A DNA stretch of 64,000 nt from Naegleria gruberi (Eukaryota): NCBI GenBank assembly GCA_000004985.1, contig GG738854.1, one strand, 5' to 3'. Position 1 is the stretch's first letter, and the number at the start of each line of letters is the position of its first letter. The notes under the pieces are model-generated. The model was given only the letters and a program-made list of their open reading frames with translations, was not told where the DNA came from and ran no database searches. Of the stretch, positions 49,962-62,141 are shown piece after piece. The position numbers were made by a program, and so were the translations under genes.

Positions 49962-52900
49962 ATGCAAAACAATGTAGAGGAAACAAAATTTAATAACAAT
50001 AATAGTAGTACTAATAACATGGTCAACAACAATACAAGTATTGGAAAGGAGAATGGTGGAGAGAATGCCTATATTGATGATTCGTTGGAAACTTTACCAA
50101 TGCGATCTGCTAGAAGAATCATTCAATTCATTGGTGAGAAATTATCAAATGATTCGGAAATTACTCCATCCAAAAGGAAAGCCATCGAATCCATCATTAC
50201 AGAGGATAGAATAATGAAGGAAATTGAACAATTGGTAGGGAAGGATTACTTTAATTTGAGTGAGGAAGTAACAAGCCTTGGAAGGAAAATTAATATGAAT
50301 CAAAAGATGGATGTTGAGTATTCTGATAGACCAGAGCCTATTGTTCTTACCAATCGAGTAAAGATGCTCTATGGAGGAGAGAATGATAAATCAAAGGTAG
50401 TTTCCTCAACATTGAGAAGATTTGATAAATCCAAATATTCTCATGCATCAAAATTGAAACAACAACAAGAATTGAATAGGAAATTAATTAATAATTCGAA
50501 AAACTTGAAGGTAGATCCGAGAGATATCGAGGAAAATCAACCAGTTCGATTAGTTTACGATGAGGAAAAGCCAACCCAGAAAGATATTGAAATTTATAGA
50601 GGTGATAAGAATGAAGAATTGACTGATGAGGAACGTGCACTACAACAAGCAGTGAGCTACATGCAAAAGTACAAGGAATACTTTAAATATATACAGGATA
50701 TTAAGGTTAGTAGAGTTTGATATTTTAATTAGAAATGTAAAGTATTTGAGACATATTCCAAGTAAATCAGCTCGTAGTATGATTATTGAGAATTTTGAGA
50801 AATATTTGGTAGGTTTTTGGATAATTTCACTTTTGTTTCATACTGTTGACTAGATGGATGCCAAGTACTATTTACACTTTTATCATAAATATTCGTATTT
50901 TTGGGCTCCAGAGTCAACTAGATCTGTAGAATCCTACAAAGGGCTATTCGTTCCAATTGACAAGAGAAAAGAAGAGGAAACTTTTGATTTTAAATCACTT
51001 GATACTTACGAACCACTGAGGACAATGATTTATCAAGATTTTCATGACAGAGTAAGGAATGGATTACCACCTTCTTTGGATTTGGATGGAAAACTTCCTC
51101 TTCTTGCAATGCACTATGCAAGAACTACCTTTGTACCACCAATGACAAGAGAGGAAATGAACAGGCTTTTCTATCCAATAACAGAGGATGTTAAATATCA
51201 AATTCCAGAATATAAGGGCACCAAAGTAGATAAGGTACAGAATTCTACCATGCTAAATAGATTCCAAAAGTATTACTTTACCAGAAGGCATTTGGCTGGT
51301 TTAAAAACTTTATTTTGGTATTATGACTCGTATACTGAATGCGTAAAACCTGTTGCGGTCGAAGAATTTCTGGATCATTTATCTCGTCTAGTTTACCTTT
51401 TTGAGAATGATTTAGTGAAGGTCAAACATGAAGATCAATGTCTTGGATTATTTCATTCCTTCACACAACATTCTGCCATATCCAAAGAGCTAATAATGAT
51501 TATTTCTTCTTGTTTCTTCATGGGACTACCATTCGTGACATCCTTTGAGAAAATAGATAATATTCAGGATTTGATTTCCAATATTTCTCAATACTGTTCC
51601 CTTCCTGTTATTGCCTCAGCAGATCACAGGATTGTTTCCAAAATACTTGGTAGCAACCAATCGAATATTAGTAAGCTATTGTACTATGGAAATAACGAGT
51701 CATCTTTTCAAAGCGAAAAAGGAACTACTTCTTTTAAGAAGGATCCAATTTCTAATATTCTCAAACCTATCAAAGTAAGTTGAAAAGTTAGAATGAATTA
51801 ATTTATAATCTCTTTTAGCAAATTAGTGTAAATAACAAGCCATCCCATGTCACCTCGTGGGATTACATTCCATCTAATATAGATACCAATATGCATGTGG
51901 TTAATTACAAGGAATCTATTAAAAGTAGGACGAGCGAGTTGGATTCTGCAGATATAGAGAATGTTAGACAATCTACAATATCTAAATATTCAAGCAGAGA
52001 CAAAAGAAATGACCTTCTCTACATGACTTACCATGGAACTCAAGTTGGATGCATAACAGGCTCAACTTTTGAGAGAGTGATTGATTCATTGAATGAACAA
52101 TTTAAAGATTTACTCAATCATATCAAGCAAACAAAATCAAGTGATACTACACCCAAGAAAGTTAATGTTATGATAATGTCCAATGGTTTCAGTATGCTAA
52201 CAATGTATTTGCTTGCATTTTGTTTTGAAAATGCCCTCTCCTTTTCTTTTATTCCTATAACTGAAAAGGAAACAATGCTAAAAAATTTAGGAGAGTTGCA
52301 ACCAGATATTATCATTAGTGATACACATACCATAAATTGGATATCAGAAATTCTTGACTCGGTAACTTTTAACTATAAGTATCCAAACCATAACACTGTT
52401 ATTGACAGTGAACATTTGAACAATATTAACATTGAATATGAAGGGCTAATAACAGACTGGACCATGTCAAATACACTAAAGAACCTGAAAAATACATTCT
52501 CCCAGATTGGAAAGCAAAACCACAATAACCATTGGAATTTACACGGAATAATAACTATTGGAACAGGTTTACCTATTGAGACCATCCATACTCTATCAAA
52601 GAAAGTCAAATTTATATACCAGTTGATACAAGAGGATCATGTTCAATCTCCTCTTTTGGTAAGAAATTTCTCAAACTCTGGACATTATTCACTTGAACGT
52701 GAGATTATGAAACCATGGACCTTTTCGACAATCAATGAAAAAAATCAAATTGTGATAGAGGGAGTTTCTGCAATTGTTAGAAAGAGACCTTTGTTTGAAT
52801 CCCGTAAGGAAGAGGTTATACTCACAGGTATGGAAAATTCAGTATTCGACACGAACGAAAGGTCTAACACCTTGGAACAATCAAATCAATTAAGAAATAA

Positions 52901-53797
52901 TCTTATAGAACAATACAGACAAGTGGAAATGCCAAAAGATGTTCGAGAATCACTCACCAAATGTCTAAGGTTGAAAGAGGAGTTTGATTTTTATGTTCAA
53001 GTACACAAGATGGTACAAAAACGTGAGAGTAGCACCAAGAAACCAACTTCTTTGGCCCTGTTCGATAACATTTTATATTCAGTCTTATTGGATGAGCTGG
53101 AGAGTATTACATCGATTGGTAAAATTGAAGACCTTACTGAAGTTCTCAAGTATTTGGAACTAAGAATAGACTTGACTGCTCAATGTGTACAATTGCAATT
53201 AATTGATTTTAGATTTAGATTTTCATCATCCCTCAGGGAGAAGAAGGTCAAGTTCCATTTCAAACATGATTCTCTTGGAATATTAATTGATAACGTACAA
53301 ACCACTATCAAGACCAATATTTTCTACATTCAAAATAACTTTTGTTTTAGACCATTCATTTCAGATAATGTTTACTATAGTAAGTTTTATTTGTTTCACA
53401 ATATTAAATTGTTCTAGATTTGGATATGATTGAGGGAATATTCCAACACAAGCTTAAAGAACGAGCTATTATTCAAAAGTATAACAACCAATTATATTTA
53501 ATTCTATTCACAAAAAGACCAGATTACAACCTTAGGCCTATCATATTTTCAATGGTGGAGGAGAGTTTGAGAATGAATGGATTTTCATTTAAGGAGAATA
53601 ACAGATGGCCCCTATCAATGTTCGGAACGAGGGGTGGCTCTAGCAAGCTTATTGATGGGCTGAAAAATAGCAAAATTCTATTCTGTTATGGTTTGGACTG
53701 CTTTGATGGCGATAATAGATTGTGTGAGAGGAATAATCAATTAATAATTCAATTTATAGAGCAATATTTTCGTAGAGAAAAATATTCCAAGATGTAA
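49962..53797 (+). CDS. Large (about 1201 aa) conserved-looking hypothetical protein, 4 exons join(49962..50705,50854..51774,51819..53379,53418..53797); possible degenerate AMP-binding (ANL)-like region
   Basis: Four consecutive plus-strand ORFs (49962, 50854, 51891, 53420) join in frame through introns AAG|GTTAGT..TTGACTAG|ATG (148 nt, phase 0), AAA|GTAAGT..CTCTTTTAG|CAA (44 nt, phase 0) and TATA|GTAAGT..TTGTTCTAG|AT (38 nt, phase 1). The middle region YMTYHGTQVGCITGSTF / SNGFSMLTMYLLAFCFENALSFSF is faintly ANL-like. Confidence 0.5.
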
Positions 53798-54049
53798 CTT
53801 GGACAATATGGTTGCAAAAAAGTCCTCAACTGTCGAATGAACGAAAGTAGCAGACACTCCATGATGAATAGACCCAAAATTTTGTTGTGCCTCTTCAATA
53901 TGGACAAGATTAGTATCGACACCCACATATTCAACTGTTCACTGTATTATTTGGGCAGTAGCAATTTTGTACCAGGTGAATTTTTAGGCATACCTTAAAC
54001 TTTGTGCAAGATCAAGAATACTTGAATAAAAGAGTCACAAGCTAGTGTA

Positions 54050-55417
54050 TTAAGAAATCCTCTCCAATAGTCCATTTTGGAAATTAACAATCTTATCGTA
54101 TAACTCATCTGTTTCCTCCAAAAAATATTTTCTTATCAATAATCGTTTCAGCATTTGTACATTGTCTCCAACATTGTCAATGGCTTCATTCAGAAAACGT
54201 AAAAACTTGTCGCTGTCTTGTTGCCATATCGACAACATGTCAACCTCGACCAGGAATGGACTAGCTCTCTTAATTCCATACTTTTGGTAGCAATCCATGA
54301 AAATTTGATTCGCTCTCTTGAAATTACCAATTGAAAAATATGAATCAGCCAAATTCACCAAATAATCAATCATTGTCTCCTTGTATTTACACAAGGCAGT
54401 ACATTTCTCAAAGTCAAGAATTGCCTCCTTGAATTTTCCAAGTTGATGATAGGCATCTGCTCTATTCAGAAATAATAGAGAGTGTTCTGAGAAATAGCTA
54501 CTACCCATATTGTATTGTTCAATAGCTTGCATAGGATTATTCATAGAGAATAACCCTCCTCCTATATTATTGAACAAACCAGCAAGTTGAAACTGTTCCA
54601 ATTTAGGAAGAGTTTCTGTATTAAAGTTAGTATCCAAGGCCTTCTTGTAAAAATCAATTTCCAAATCAAATCGTTCCATATCTGAGTGAGCTATGCCCAA
54701 CCAATTGTATATTGTATAGAAGCATTCATACCTATGGAGAACTGTATTCAAATCAGAATTGGCAAGTTTTACTTGGTGGTCCTCTGAGAGAACAAATTCC
54801 AATGCATTTTCATAACTCTTGATACATAATTGTTGTTTCTTCTCCTGCAAGGCCATGGAGGCACCAAATAAACAAAGCCAATAATCGATATTAAAATAAT
54901 TATTTTGAAATACTTCCGATCTATATTCCTCCATCTCCTTGTAGATATTCTTGTACTTTTCAAAGTTATTTTGAAAATCAGTGCAAGTATAAATTCCATA
55001 AACTAAATTTCTAATATGAGTCCTATAATCACCAATCGACCAAAACAATGAAGCTTTTCGGAAATAACCATACGGATAGAAAGGGATCTTACTAATAGCC
55101 TGATTAATATATTCCTCAGCTATATTGAAATTATTCTTTGCAATTTCCAATTCAAACTTATAAATTAAATTATTGTATTCCTCCGTGAGTACTCTTGGCA
55201 ATTCAATACATCTAACCCGAGGCTCATCATTGGTAATTTTAAAATAGTCGAAAATATCTAACTGGTTCGTATTATTGTTGCATTGTTCAATTGTTGTTGT
55301 TGTTGTTTCTCTGCTGGTTTCTCCTATTTGACTATTTATAAATGCTTGAATTTCTTCTTCACTCTCTTCAATATTGTCGGAAGTAACTTCATAAATAATT
55401 GAATGTTGTCGAGACAT
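54050..55417 (-). CDS. TPR-like repeat protein (455 aa)
   Basis: ATG at 55417. Multiple 34-aa helical repeats with W/LG/Y/A/F/A/P-like spacing (e.g. AEEYINQAISKIPFYPYGYFRKASLFWSIGDY; ADAYHQLGKFKEAILDFEKCTAL; ADSYFSIGNFKRANQIFMDCYQKYG). Confidence 0.5.
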   Translation of the reverse strand: MSRQHSIIYEVTSDNIEESEEEIQAFINSQIGETSRETTTTTIEQCNNNTNQLDIFDYFKITNDEPRVRCIELPRVLTEEYNNLIYKFELEIAKNNFNIAEEYINQAISKIPFYPYGYFRKASLFWSIGDYRTHIRNLVYGIYTCTDFQNNFEKYKNIYKEMEEYRSEVFQNNYFNIDYWLCLFGASMALQEKKQQLCIKSYENALEFVLSEDHQVKLANSDLNTVLHRYECFYTIYNWLGIAHSDMERFDLEIDFYKKALDTNFNTETLPKLEQFQLAGLFNNIGGGLFSMNNPMQAIEQYNMGSSYFSEHSLLFLNRADAYHQLGKFKEAILDFEKCTALCKYKETMIDYLVNLADSYFSIGNFKRANQIFMDCYQKYGIKRASPFLVEVDMLSIWQQDSDKFLRFLNEAIDNVGDNVQMLKRLLIRKYFLEETDELYDKIVNFQNGLLERIS

Positions 55418-55491
55418 TTTTTTAATTAATATAATACTAATTAAACTATTGCATAATAATTATAACATTTGGTAATCACACATTTGTTAGT

Positions 55492-57165
55492 TTATTGTTT
55501 GTTTTCTAATTTTGAAACTCTATCAAGAAGCATTTCTAATTGAGATTTGAGGAATAAATTCTCCTGTTCAACTCTCCTCACATGCTTGAAAACAAAATTC
55601 AATTGTCTGGCAGAGAGATAATGAATGAGATTCCTTGTAGTTTCGTAAGATGCAACACTGTAAGGTGTTTGACCTCTCTTGTTTCTAAAATTGACATCTG
55701 CACCATTGGAAATCAGTAACTCAATGATTGGGCACCAATTTCTCTCAGCTGCATAATGTAAGCCAGTTTCTAATTCATCATCACATAAATCTATTTGAGC
55801 TCCATAGCTGTAGAGAAGTTTAGTCACAGAGAATAACCCCAATTTACAAGCCAACATGAATGGCGAACGGTTATTCTTGTCCAAAGTGTCCACGCCCACA
55901 TTAGGTTGACTAAGAAGGAATGAAAGCAACTCTTCATTGTTATTTCTTACTGCAGCATGAAGAGGGGACTCAAAACAGGCTCCATGTTGAATGGCAAAGT
56001 CAAAATCGTTAGGATAGTTAGTCATTATATATTTTACAATGTTGGATCTGTTAAATTTAGTGGCAGAGTAGAGGAAGTATTCGTTAGGGTTTGATTTTTC
56101 TCGAATCAAGTATTGCTTGTAATTATTTTCAAAGAGAACTTTGAATGCCTCAACATTGTCTTGACACGATAAAAGAACATAGATTGCATTTCTCCCATTA
56201 ATATCGTACTTGTGAGGTTGGGCTCCAAATTCAATCAGTCTTCTCAACTTTTCCAAATCAATAGTCTCTCTTCTGATTTCTTCAGTGAGTGCCTTGTTGA
56301 GAACAATTCTGTTAATGTTTTGGTTTGGTGTCAGGTCATTCAAAAGTGGTGGAATGTTTCTCTGCAGTCTGGACTCCAATAGGAACATGTACATTTCCTC
56401 TACCATCTCTGTGGTACCTAGCTTACATGCCAATTCATAGCCATTCAGAGTATAGTCAATCAGAGTCTTCTTACAAAGCTTATTTGGCTTGGTCAATTGG
56501 CTTATATTGTAATTTACCAATTCGCTTAACATTTCAGGTGAATAGAGCAACAATCTCACATCATTCTGATAAATTTCTCTTGCCAAATTTCTATCCTTAT
56601 TAACAACAGCCCATTGAAACTCAACCACAGAATTACAAGGAAGAAACACATCATTGGACAAGTGATATTGGAAAGGACAAACTTTGGAATGTTTCAAATT
56701 CTCAAAAAATCGTTGAATTTCATTCTTAATATGAACATTCTCAATAGTTTGAGTTCCAATATTCTCTCTAGTGAATGGAGACTCTGAATTGTGATTTATC
56801 AACCATTGACTAATCAGTTCCTTCTCATATGTTCTTCCATCTCCAGCCAAATAGGGCTCTACCATTATTATATCACTTATTGGACAAAACAAATCATCGG
56901 AAGGTTGCAAAGACTCAAAGTCTACTTCTTCATCTTGTTGACTATTGTTGGCTGGTTGTATGGTTGCAGTTGAAATATTATCAATAACCAAATTTTCAAG
57001 CCTTTGATTTTCTACCAGTAAATTCTCTTCTTCATAATCAACAAGACATGGTTCTTGCTTGTTAGTGGAAGGATTCATATTCAGTAAGACAATTGGTTCT
57101 TCTCCCATTTTCTTTTCATATTGTTCTTCCATCAGATTACAATTAATTTGAGTTGATAAGGTCAT
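55492..57165 (-). CDS. U-box E3 ubiquitin ligase-like protein with C-terminal ankyrin repeats
   Basis: U-box core DLFCPISDIIMVEPYLAGDGRTYEKELISQWLINHNSESPFTRENI. At least 3 ANK repeats (SPLHAAVRNNNEELLSFLL; SPFMLACKLGLFSVTKLLYSYGAQIDL; TGLHYAAERNWCPIIELLISNGADVN). ORF starts at TTG 57171; first ATG at 57165. Confidence 0.7.
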   Translation of the reverse strand: MTLSTQINCNLMEEQYEKKMGEEPIVLLNMNPSTNKQEPCLVDYEEENLLVENQRLENLVIDNISTATIQPANNSQQDEEVDFESLQPSDDLFCPISDIIMVEPYLAGDGRTYEKELISQWLINHNSESPFTRENIGTQTIENVHIKNEIQRFFENLKHSKVCPFQYHLSNDVFLPCNSVVEFQWAVVNKDRNLAREIYQNDVRLLLYSPEMLSELVNYNISQLTKPNKLCKKTLIDYTLNGYELACKLGTTEMVEEMYMFLLESRLQRNIPPLLNDLTPNQNINRIVLNKALTEEIRRETIDLEKLRRLIEFGAQPHKYDINGRNAIYVLLSCQDNVEAFKVLFENNYKQYLIREKSNPNEYFLYSATKFNRSNIVKYIMTNYPNDFDFAIQHGACFESPLHAAVRNNNEELLSFLLSQPNVGVDTLDKNNRSPFMLACKLGLFSVTKLLYSYGAQIDLCDDELETGLHYAAERNWCPIIELLISNGADVNFRNKRGQTPYSVASYETTRNLIHYLSARQLNFVFKHVRRVEQENLFLKSQLEMLLDRVSKLENKQ

Positions 57166-57925
57166 GGTCAATTATATTCAATTTACAATTTCAGACTTTG
57201 GGTAATTTTACAATTTGTATATATTTACAAGGGCATATATTTACAGTGTTTTACAAATATTAATATTGGATTGTAGTGAGGTGGTTATACACTTTCCGAT
57301 ATTGAAAATTAAATTGATGAGGAGAATACCAAATTCAAAGATAACTGATTCAGTGCCAAATGATGATTTGAATAAAGCTTGCACTATTTTTAATGTTGGT
57401 GCTTTTTGTTTTGTGGTTTGCGATTCTCTGTTTTGGATAGACAAGATTTTCAAACGTCTTGCCTCAATCGTTCTCGGCGAGTGTTGTATTTTGTTGTTAC
57501 TTGTTGTTGCTTGTAATATTAGTATTAATAATAGACACTAGGGTTTACAATTTTGCCAAGGCAGATTACAAATTGATGATTTTGGGAGAGAAATATGATG
57601 AGTGGCTCTTGATTGAGTGTAAATATGACTTTTAGAGAAGGACATTCTCTTTCAGTTAATTTCATTATTGAATCCAAGTAGTAATATTATTAGATTTTGA
57701 TTGTATTTAAAATAATATATGAGTTTTTTAATAATAATATTCAATCATGATGGAAACTTTATTAGGAACCAATCATTTCATTGTATACAACGTTTCACAA
57801 AATTTAAAGGAAATAGAGGAACAAAATATTCCTAATAGAGTTTTAAAACAATAAGGCAATCATCCTGCTAAACACAATGCAAACTTGATTTCTTTGCCAC
57901 GAATCAAAATTTATTCAAGATAACT

Positions 57926-60904
57926 TTACAAAAGTCCTAACAATAAAAAACCAATAGAAATAAAGGTCAAACCTGATGTTTGGTAATTAGTGAAGGCACT
58001 ACTCAATTTGAAACAATTTTGGGAAGAGCAAACACATTCAAACTTTGAAATTGGATCCAATGTATAGTTATAATTTTCTATATTTGCACAGAAGGGAGTT
58101 AATACTTTGATTTGATTGGTTACAGATATAATGAGCTCACCATTTTCAGTAAGAATGATGGAATGTGGATTATCCAATACCAACTTGTCATTTTCTGCAC
58201 CTGCAATTGTGGTTATAACACCTGTATCATTGTTGATCATTCTCAATCTGCCATTAATTGTGTCAGCAATAATTATGTTTCCTTTTTTGGTGACAGCAAC
58301 ACCAGTTGGAATATTAAGTTTCGAGTTAGCTGCTTTGTCACCATCACCAGAGAGTCCAATCAATCCACTTTGACCAGCAATTGTTGTAATAACTCCATCC
58401 TTAGAAACCTTTCTAATGGTTGAATTGTTCATCAAATAGAGCTCATTAACCACTTCATCATAGAAGAATTCATTAACAAGGATTGAAGAAGAGGTGCTTA
58501 CAACATTGTCTTTTGGAGGAATTGTCTTAATAGACAATCCATTTCCAGCAATAGTCGAAATGACTCCATCTTTGGTAATCTTTCTGATTCTAGTTTGTTC
58601 ATTGAAAATAAGATCTCCTGATTTGGTCATCTTCATACTACCATAAACAGTTCCAATCAATGCGTTGATTGCTAAACCTCCATCGCCAACTCCTCCCATA
58701 ACTACTGAAACAATTGGATTCTTATCTAGTCCAGTTAGTGGCATTTTACGAATTCTGTTATTCTGCATATCAACAATGAATAGGTTATTATCAAAGATAG
58801 CCAATCCTTGGGGAATATTTAACAATGTTTCAGATACAGGTAAATTATCGCCTCTGGAAGTGAGATACGACCTATCATCACCTAAAACTCCATTAATTTT
58901 TGAATTTGAGTCAATTCTCATTATCATGTCACCAGTTGTAATGTAAATTTCATTTGTTTTTTGATTGAAAACTATACCACCAGGAGTAGGCACAGATGTT
59001 TCAGTAGCTAAACTTCCAAATTGAGTTGTTTGTGATTTTCCATTTCCTGCAATGACCTGCACTGAACCGTCAACAATCTTCTTTACCATGTTATTGAATG
59101 TATCACATACATACAATTCTTCTTCATTATTGGCATTAACTTTCAACATCATGTGTGAAGGATTCTTCATTCCAGATGCTATAGTTATAATAGATCCATT
59201 GATAAATCTTTTTTTAACTGAGTTTCGCTCCAGTATGAATATTTCATTTGTGAGAGGGGATTGAATGGCATGACTTGGATAATCTAATCCAGACACGATT
59301 GTTGTAATAATTCCATTAGAAACCTTTCGAATGGCTTGATTACCATTATCTGCAATTAGTAAGTCTCCACTTGAAGTTAAAGATAATCCACTTGGAGAAA
59401 ATAATTGAGCCTTATTGGAAGGACCATTGTCACCTACATCACCTGCCTCTCCTGTTCCAGCTACAGTTGTAACTATACCACTCTTTCCGTCAATCTTTCT
59501 AACACAATTCAGATAACCATCCGAAATGAAAACATCTCCATTACTTGGGTCTACAACAACACCATATGGATCTACCACAGATGCAGTTGTAGCTGGTATG
59601 TTATCAATTAGTTTTCCTTGATTAGTTCCAATAATAGTTGAAACAGATTTATCTGCAGCAGACATTTTCTTAATGACTGAATTTTGGTAAAAGAATACAT
59701 CCTGAGTAGATGGATCAAAAGTGAATGATCTCAAATTGTCGTCAAGGAAAATTCTTTTAGCTATTCCATCACTATTAGATACTTTTACAACATCTCCAAA
59801 TACGGAATCACCAATCCACAAGTCCTTTGTTTTAGTATCATATTGAAGATTGGGAACCCTCAAATTCAACAAGCTTGCCTTGATATTATCTCCCTTGAAA
59901 ACAGACTTTCCATTACCCATTACTCCATTGTAAAGAGTCTTTCCATTTTCGAACCTTAGTGAAAATATCTTGTTATTAGTATAATCTGAAACATAGATTT
60001 TACCACCCCAATAGCTGACTTGAAAAGGGACCATTTCAATTGTCAAAGCATCAACATTCTCTAGAGGCTTATCCACGGAAAGACCATTACCATTTCCAGC
60101 GATAGTTCTTAATACTCCAGTTTTAGTATTAATGGCAAAAACTCTAAAATTTCCAGAATCGCTAACAATCAACTCCTCTGTTTGCGGATTAATAGTTAAG
60201 TAGCTTATACTATTAAAAAGACAATCCACAGCAATAGAACAAGATGCACTAAAACCAGACATTCCCTTAGTCCCTGCAAAATTTGAAACAATTCCACTGG
60301 AAACAGAAACACGGCTAATGGATGTAGATCCTTCAACATATAAATATCCATCATAAATAGCCATAGTATTTGGATCATTTAAACCTGCATCACTAATTAA
60401 TGTGTTTGTTTGCTTTGTTGCCAAATCGTAATACTTAATCACTGAAGCAGAATACATGGTGTAGTAAATTCTGTTGTTTTTATCATCAACTAGAATGCTT
60501 CTTGGATCATCTTCTGTTAAGACACTAGTTTCACCAGAGGTAAAATTGTACACTGCTAATCCTTGAACACCATTGATGAAATATGCAACGTTGTCAGAAA
60601 ATGTGCTGAAATAGGGAATTACAGGTCTATCAGTAGCTAGTGGTACAGATTTGATGAAGCCACTTGATTTATCAATTTTGAAAAGATCATAATTGTAATA
60701 ATAAATTTCACCAGCAATTGGAGATATCCCAAAATACCAAGCAGAAAAAGGAATTTGTAAAGCTGAAACTGAATTACCAAATGGATTTCCACCAATAAGA
60801 GTTGATTCTTTAAAGAGAGGTGGAACTGTACTGACTTGACAATTGCACCAAGTCAATATGCAGGCAATCAAACAGGTTGCAATAATGAGTGTAACTGTTT
60901 GCAT
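57926..60904 (-). CDS. Giant cell-surface NHL-repeat protein (signal peptide, more than 15 NHL-type beta-propeller repeats, C-terminal hydrophobic anchor)
   Basis: ORF starts at GTG 60928; first ATG at 60904 (MQTVTLIIATCLIACILTWCNCQ signal peptide). Repeats such as LLIADNGNQAIRKV and LFIVDMQNNRIRKM. C-terminal SGLTFISIGFLLLGLL. Confidence 0.65.
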   Translation of the reverse strand: MQTVTLIIATCLIACILTWCNCQVSTVPPLFKESTLIGGNPFGNSVSALQIPFSAWYFGISPIAGEIYYYNYDLFKIDKSSGFIKSVPLATDRPVIPYFSTFSDNVAYFINGVQGLAVYNFTSGETSVLTEDDPRSILVDDKNNRIYYTMYSASVIKYYDLATKQTNTLISDAGLNDPNTMAIYDGYLYVEGSTSISRVSVSSGIVSNFAGTKGMSGFSASCSIAVDCLFNSISYLTINPQTEELIVSDSGNFRVFAINTKTGVLRTIAGNGNGLSVDKPLENVDALTIEMVPFQVSYWGGKIYVSDYTNNKIFSLRFENGKTLYNGVMGNGKSVFKGDNIKASLLNLRVPNLQYDTKTKDLWIGDSVFGDVVKVSNSDGIAKRIFLDDNLRSFTFDPSTQDVFFYQNSVIKKMSAADKSVSTIIGTNQGKLIDNIPATTASVVDPYGVVVDPSNGDVFISDGYLNCVRKIDGKSGIVTTVAGTGEAGDVGDNGPSNKAQLFSPSGLSLTSSGDLLIADNGNQAIRKVSNGIITTIVSGLDYPSHAIQSPLTNEIFILERNSVKKRFINGSIITIASGMKNPSHMMLKVNANNEEELYVCDTFNNMVKKIVDGSVQVIAGNGKSQTTQFGSLATETSVPTPGGIVFNQKTNEIYITTGDMIMRIDSNSKINGVLGDDRSYLTSRGDNLPVSETLLNIPQGLAIFDNNLFIVDMQNNRIRKMPLTGLDKNPIVSVVMGGVGDGGLAINALIGTVYGSMKMTKSGDLIFNEQTRIRKITKDGVISTIAGNGLSIKTIPPKDNVVSTSSSILVNEFFYDEVVNELYLMNNSTIRKVSKDGVITTIAGQSGLIGLSGDGDKAANSKLNIPTGVAVTKKGNIIIADTINGRLRMINNDTGVITTIAGAENDKLVLDNPHSIILTENGELIISVTNQIKVLTPFCANIENYNYTLDPISKFECVCSSQNCFKLSSAFTNYQTSGLTFISIGFLLLGLL

Positions 60905-61183
60905 CTTTTTTTTCAATGAGAAGATCACAATTCTATTTGCCTGTTACTTATGGATTGTCCACATGGATATTAAACGTTCTTGTTGGTGAATGGTCTGTTA
61001 GTTTCTAGGATTTCACTGATTTAAATTACCCGTTCGGCTTATTTCGAATTGTTCTAGCTTAAATCTTTTACAAAATTCGTATCATTGTAAGCATAAGAAT
61101 TAAAGTAGCACAAAAGAATTTTGCAAGGTATCTAAATTATATTTGATTTTATTTACAATTAGTTCAATAAGAGTTTCAAAGAT

Positions 61184-62141
61184 TTACATGAATTTTCCAT
61201 CATGATAATCTTCAAAAGCTTGTTCAATTTCCTCTCTAGTATTCATAACAAAAGGTCCATATCGTGACATTGGTTCATGCATTGGTTCACCTGCAATGAT
61301 TACCATTTGTACAAAATCAGAAGTTGATTTGAATTCAAAAAGTTGATCTTCTGTAGTTTCAGAAAAGAGAAGAGCTGCCTTTTCCTTAGCATTTTCAAAC
61401 TTGTTTCCATCTTGAGTCAAGACTCCACTTCCCTTAATGACATATACGAAACCTTGATAACCCTTTGGAATGAGTTCCTTAAATGTATGACCTGATTTTG
61501 TAATCTTGACATCAAAATACAAGACCTTAGTTCTCAATTCGAGAGGACTTTCAATATCTGCATATTGACTCTTTCCACCAATTACTGCAATTGATGTGTG
61601 TTCATCAATTTGCTTTTTTGGAATGTTTTCTGCTTTCAAATCTTGATATTTTGGAGGAACCATCTTATCCTTTGCTTTAAGATTAACCCACAATTGCATT
61701 CCTGTATTGACATTCAATCCAACAGGTGTTTCAGAGTGAATAAGTCCACTGCCAGCTGTCATCCATTGAATATCACCAGCATGAATAACACCACCACCTC
61801 CTCTATTATCCTTGTGTTCAAAAGCTCCATCCATCATGTATGTCACAGTTTCAAATCCTTTTATTTCCATTAAATAATTATAAATATCATGATAATTAAA
61901 TAATTAAATAGAATAGGAAAGGATGTAAATTGAAAATGCACAAATTAAACTTACCTCTATGAGGATGATTTGGAAAACCTGCAGGTTTAGCAACCTTAAA
62001 TTCGTCCAACAAGAGGAATGGATCATGATACGACACAGAACCTCCAATGGTTCTAATAACTCTGGCACCTACGCCTTCACTTTGTTCCTTTCCCAAAATT
62101 GTCTTGATAACTTTTACAAATGATGCTGATGAGGAGGACAT
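61184..62141 (-). CDS. Pirin (bicupin), 2 exons join(61184..61857,61955..62141), 286 aa
   Basis: Exon 1 MSSSSASFVKVIKTILGKEQSEGVGARVIRTIGGSVSYHDPFLLLDEFKVAKPAGFPNHPHR|G. Exon 2 FETVTYMMDGAFEHKDNRGGGGVIHAGDIQWMTAGSGLIHSE. A 97-nt intron AGAG|GTAAGT..AAAAG|GA in phase 1. The ORF-track upstream extension to 62558 starts at TTG and contains no ATG. Confidence 0.85.

Noticed and set aside
57215-57541. 108-aa plus-strand ORF (hydrophobic, Cys-containing) in the gap between the U-box gene and the giant NHL gene
   Set aside because: No recognisable features and poor start context. Likely a promoter-region open frame.
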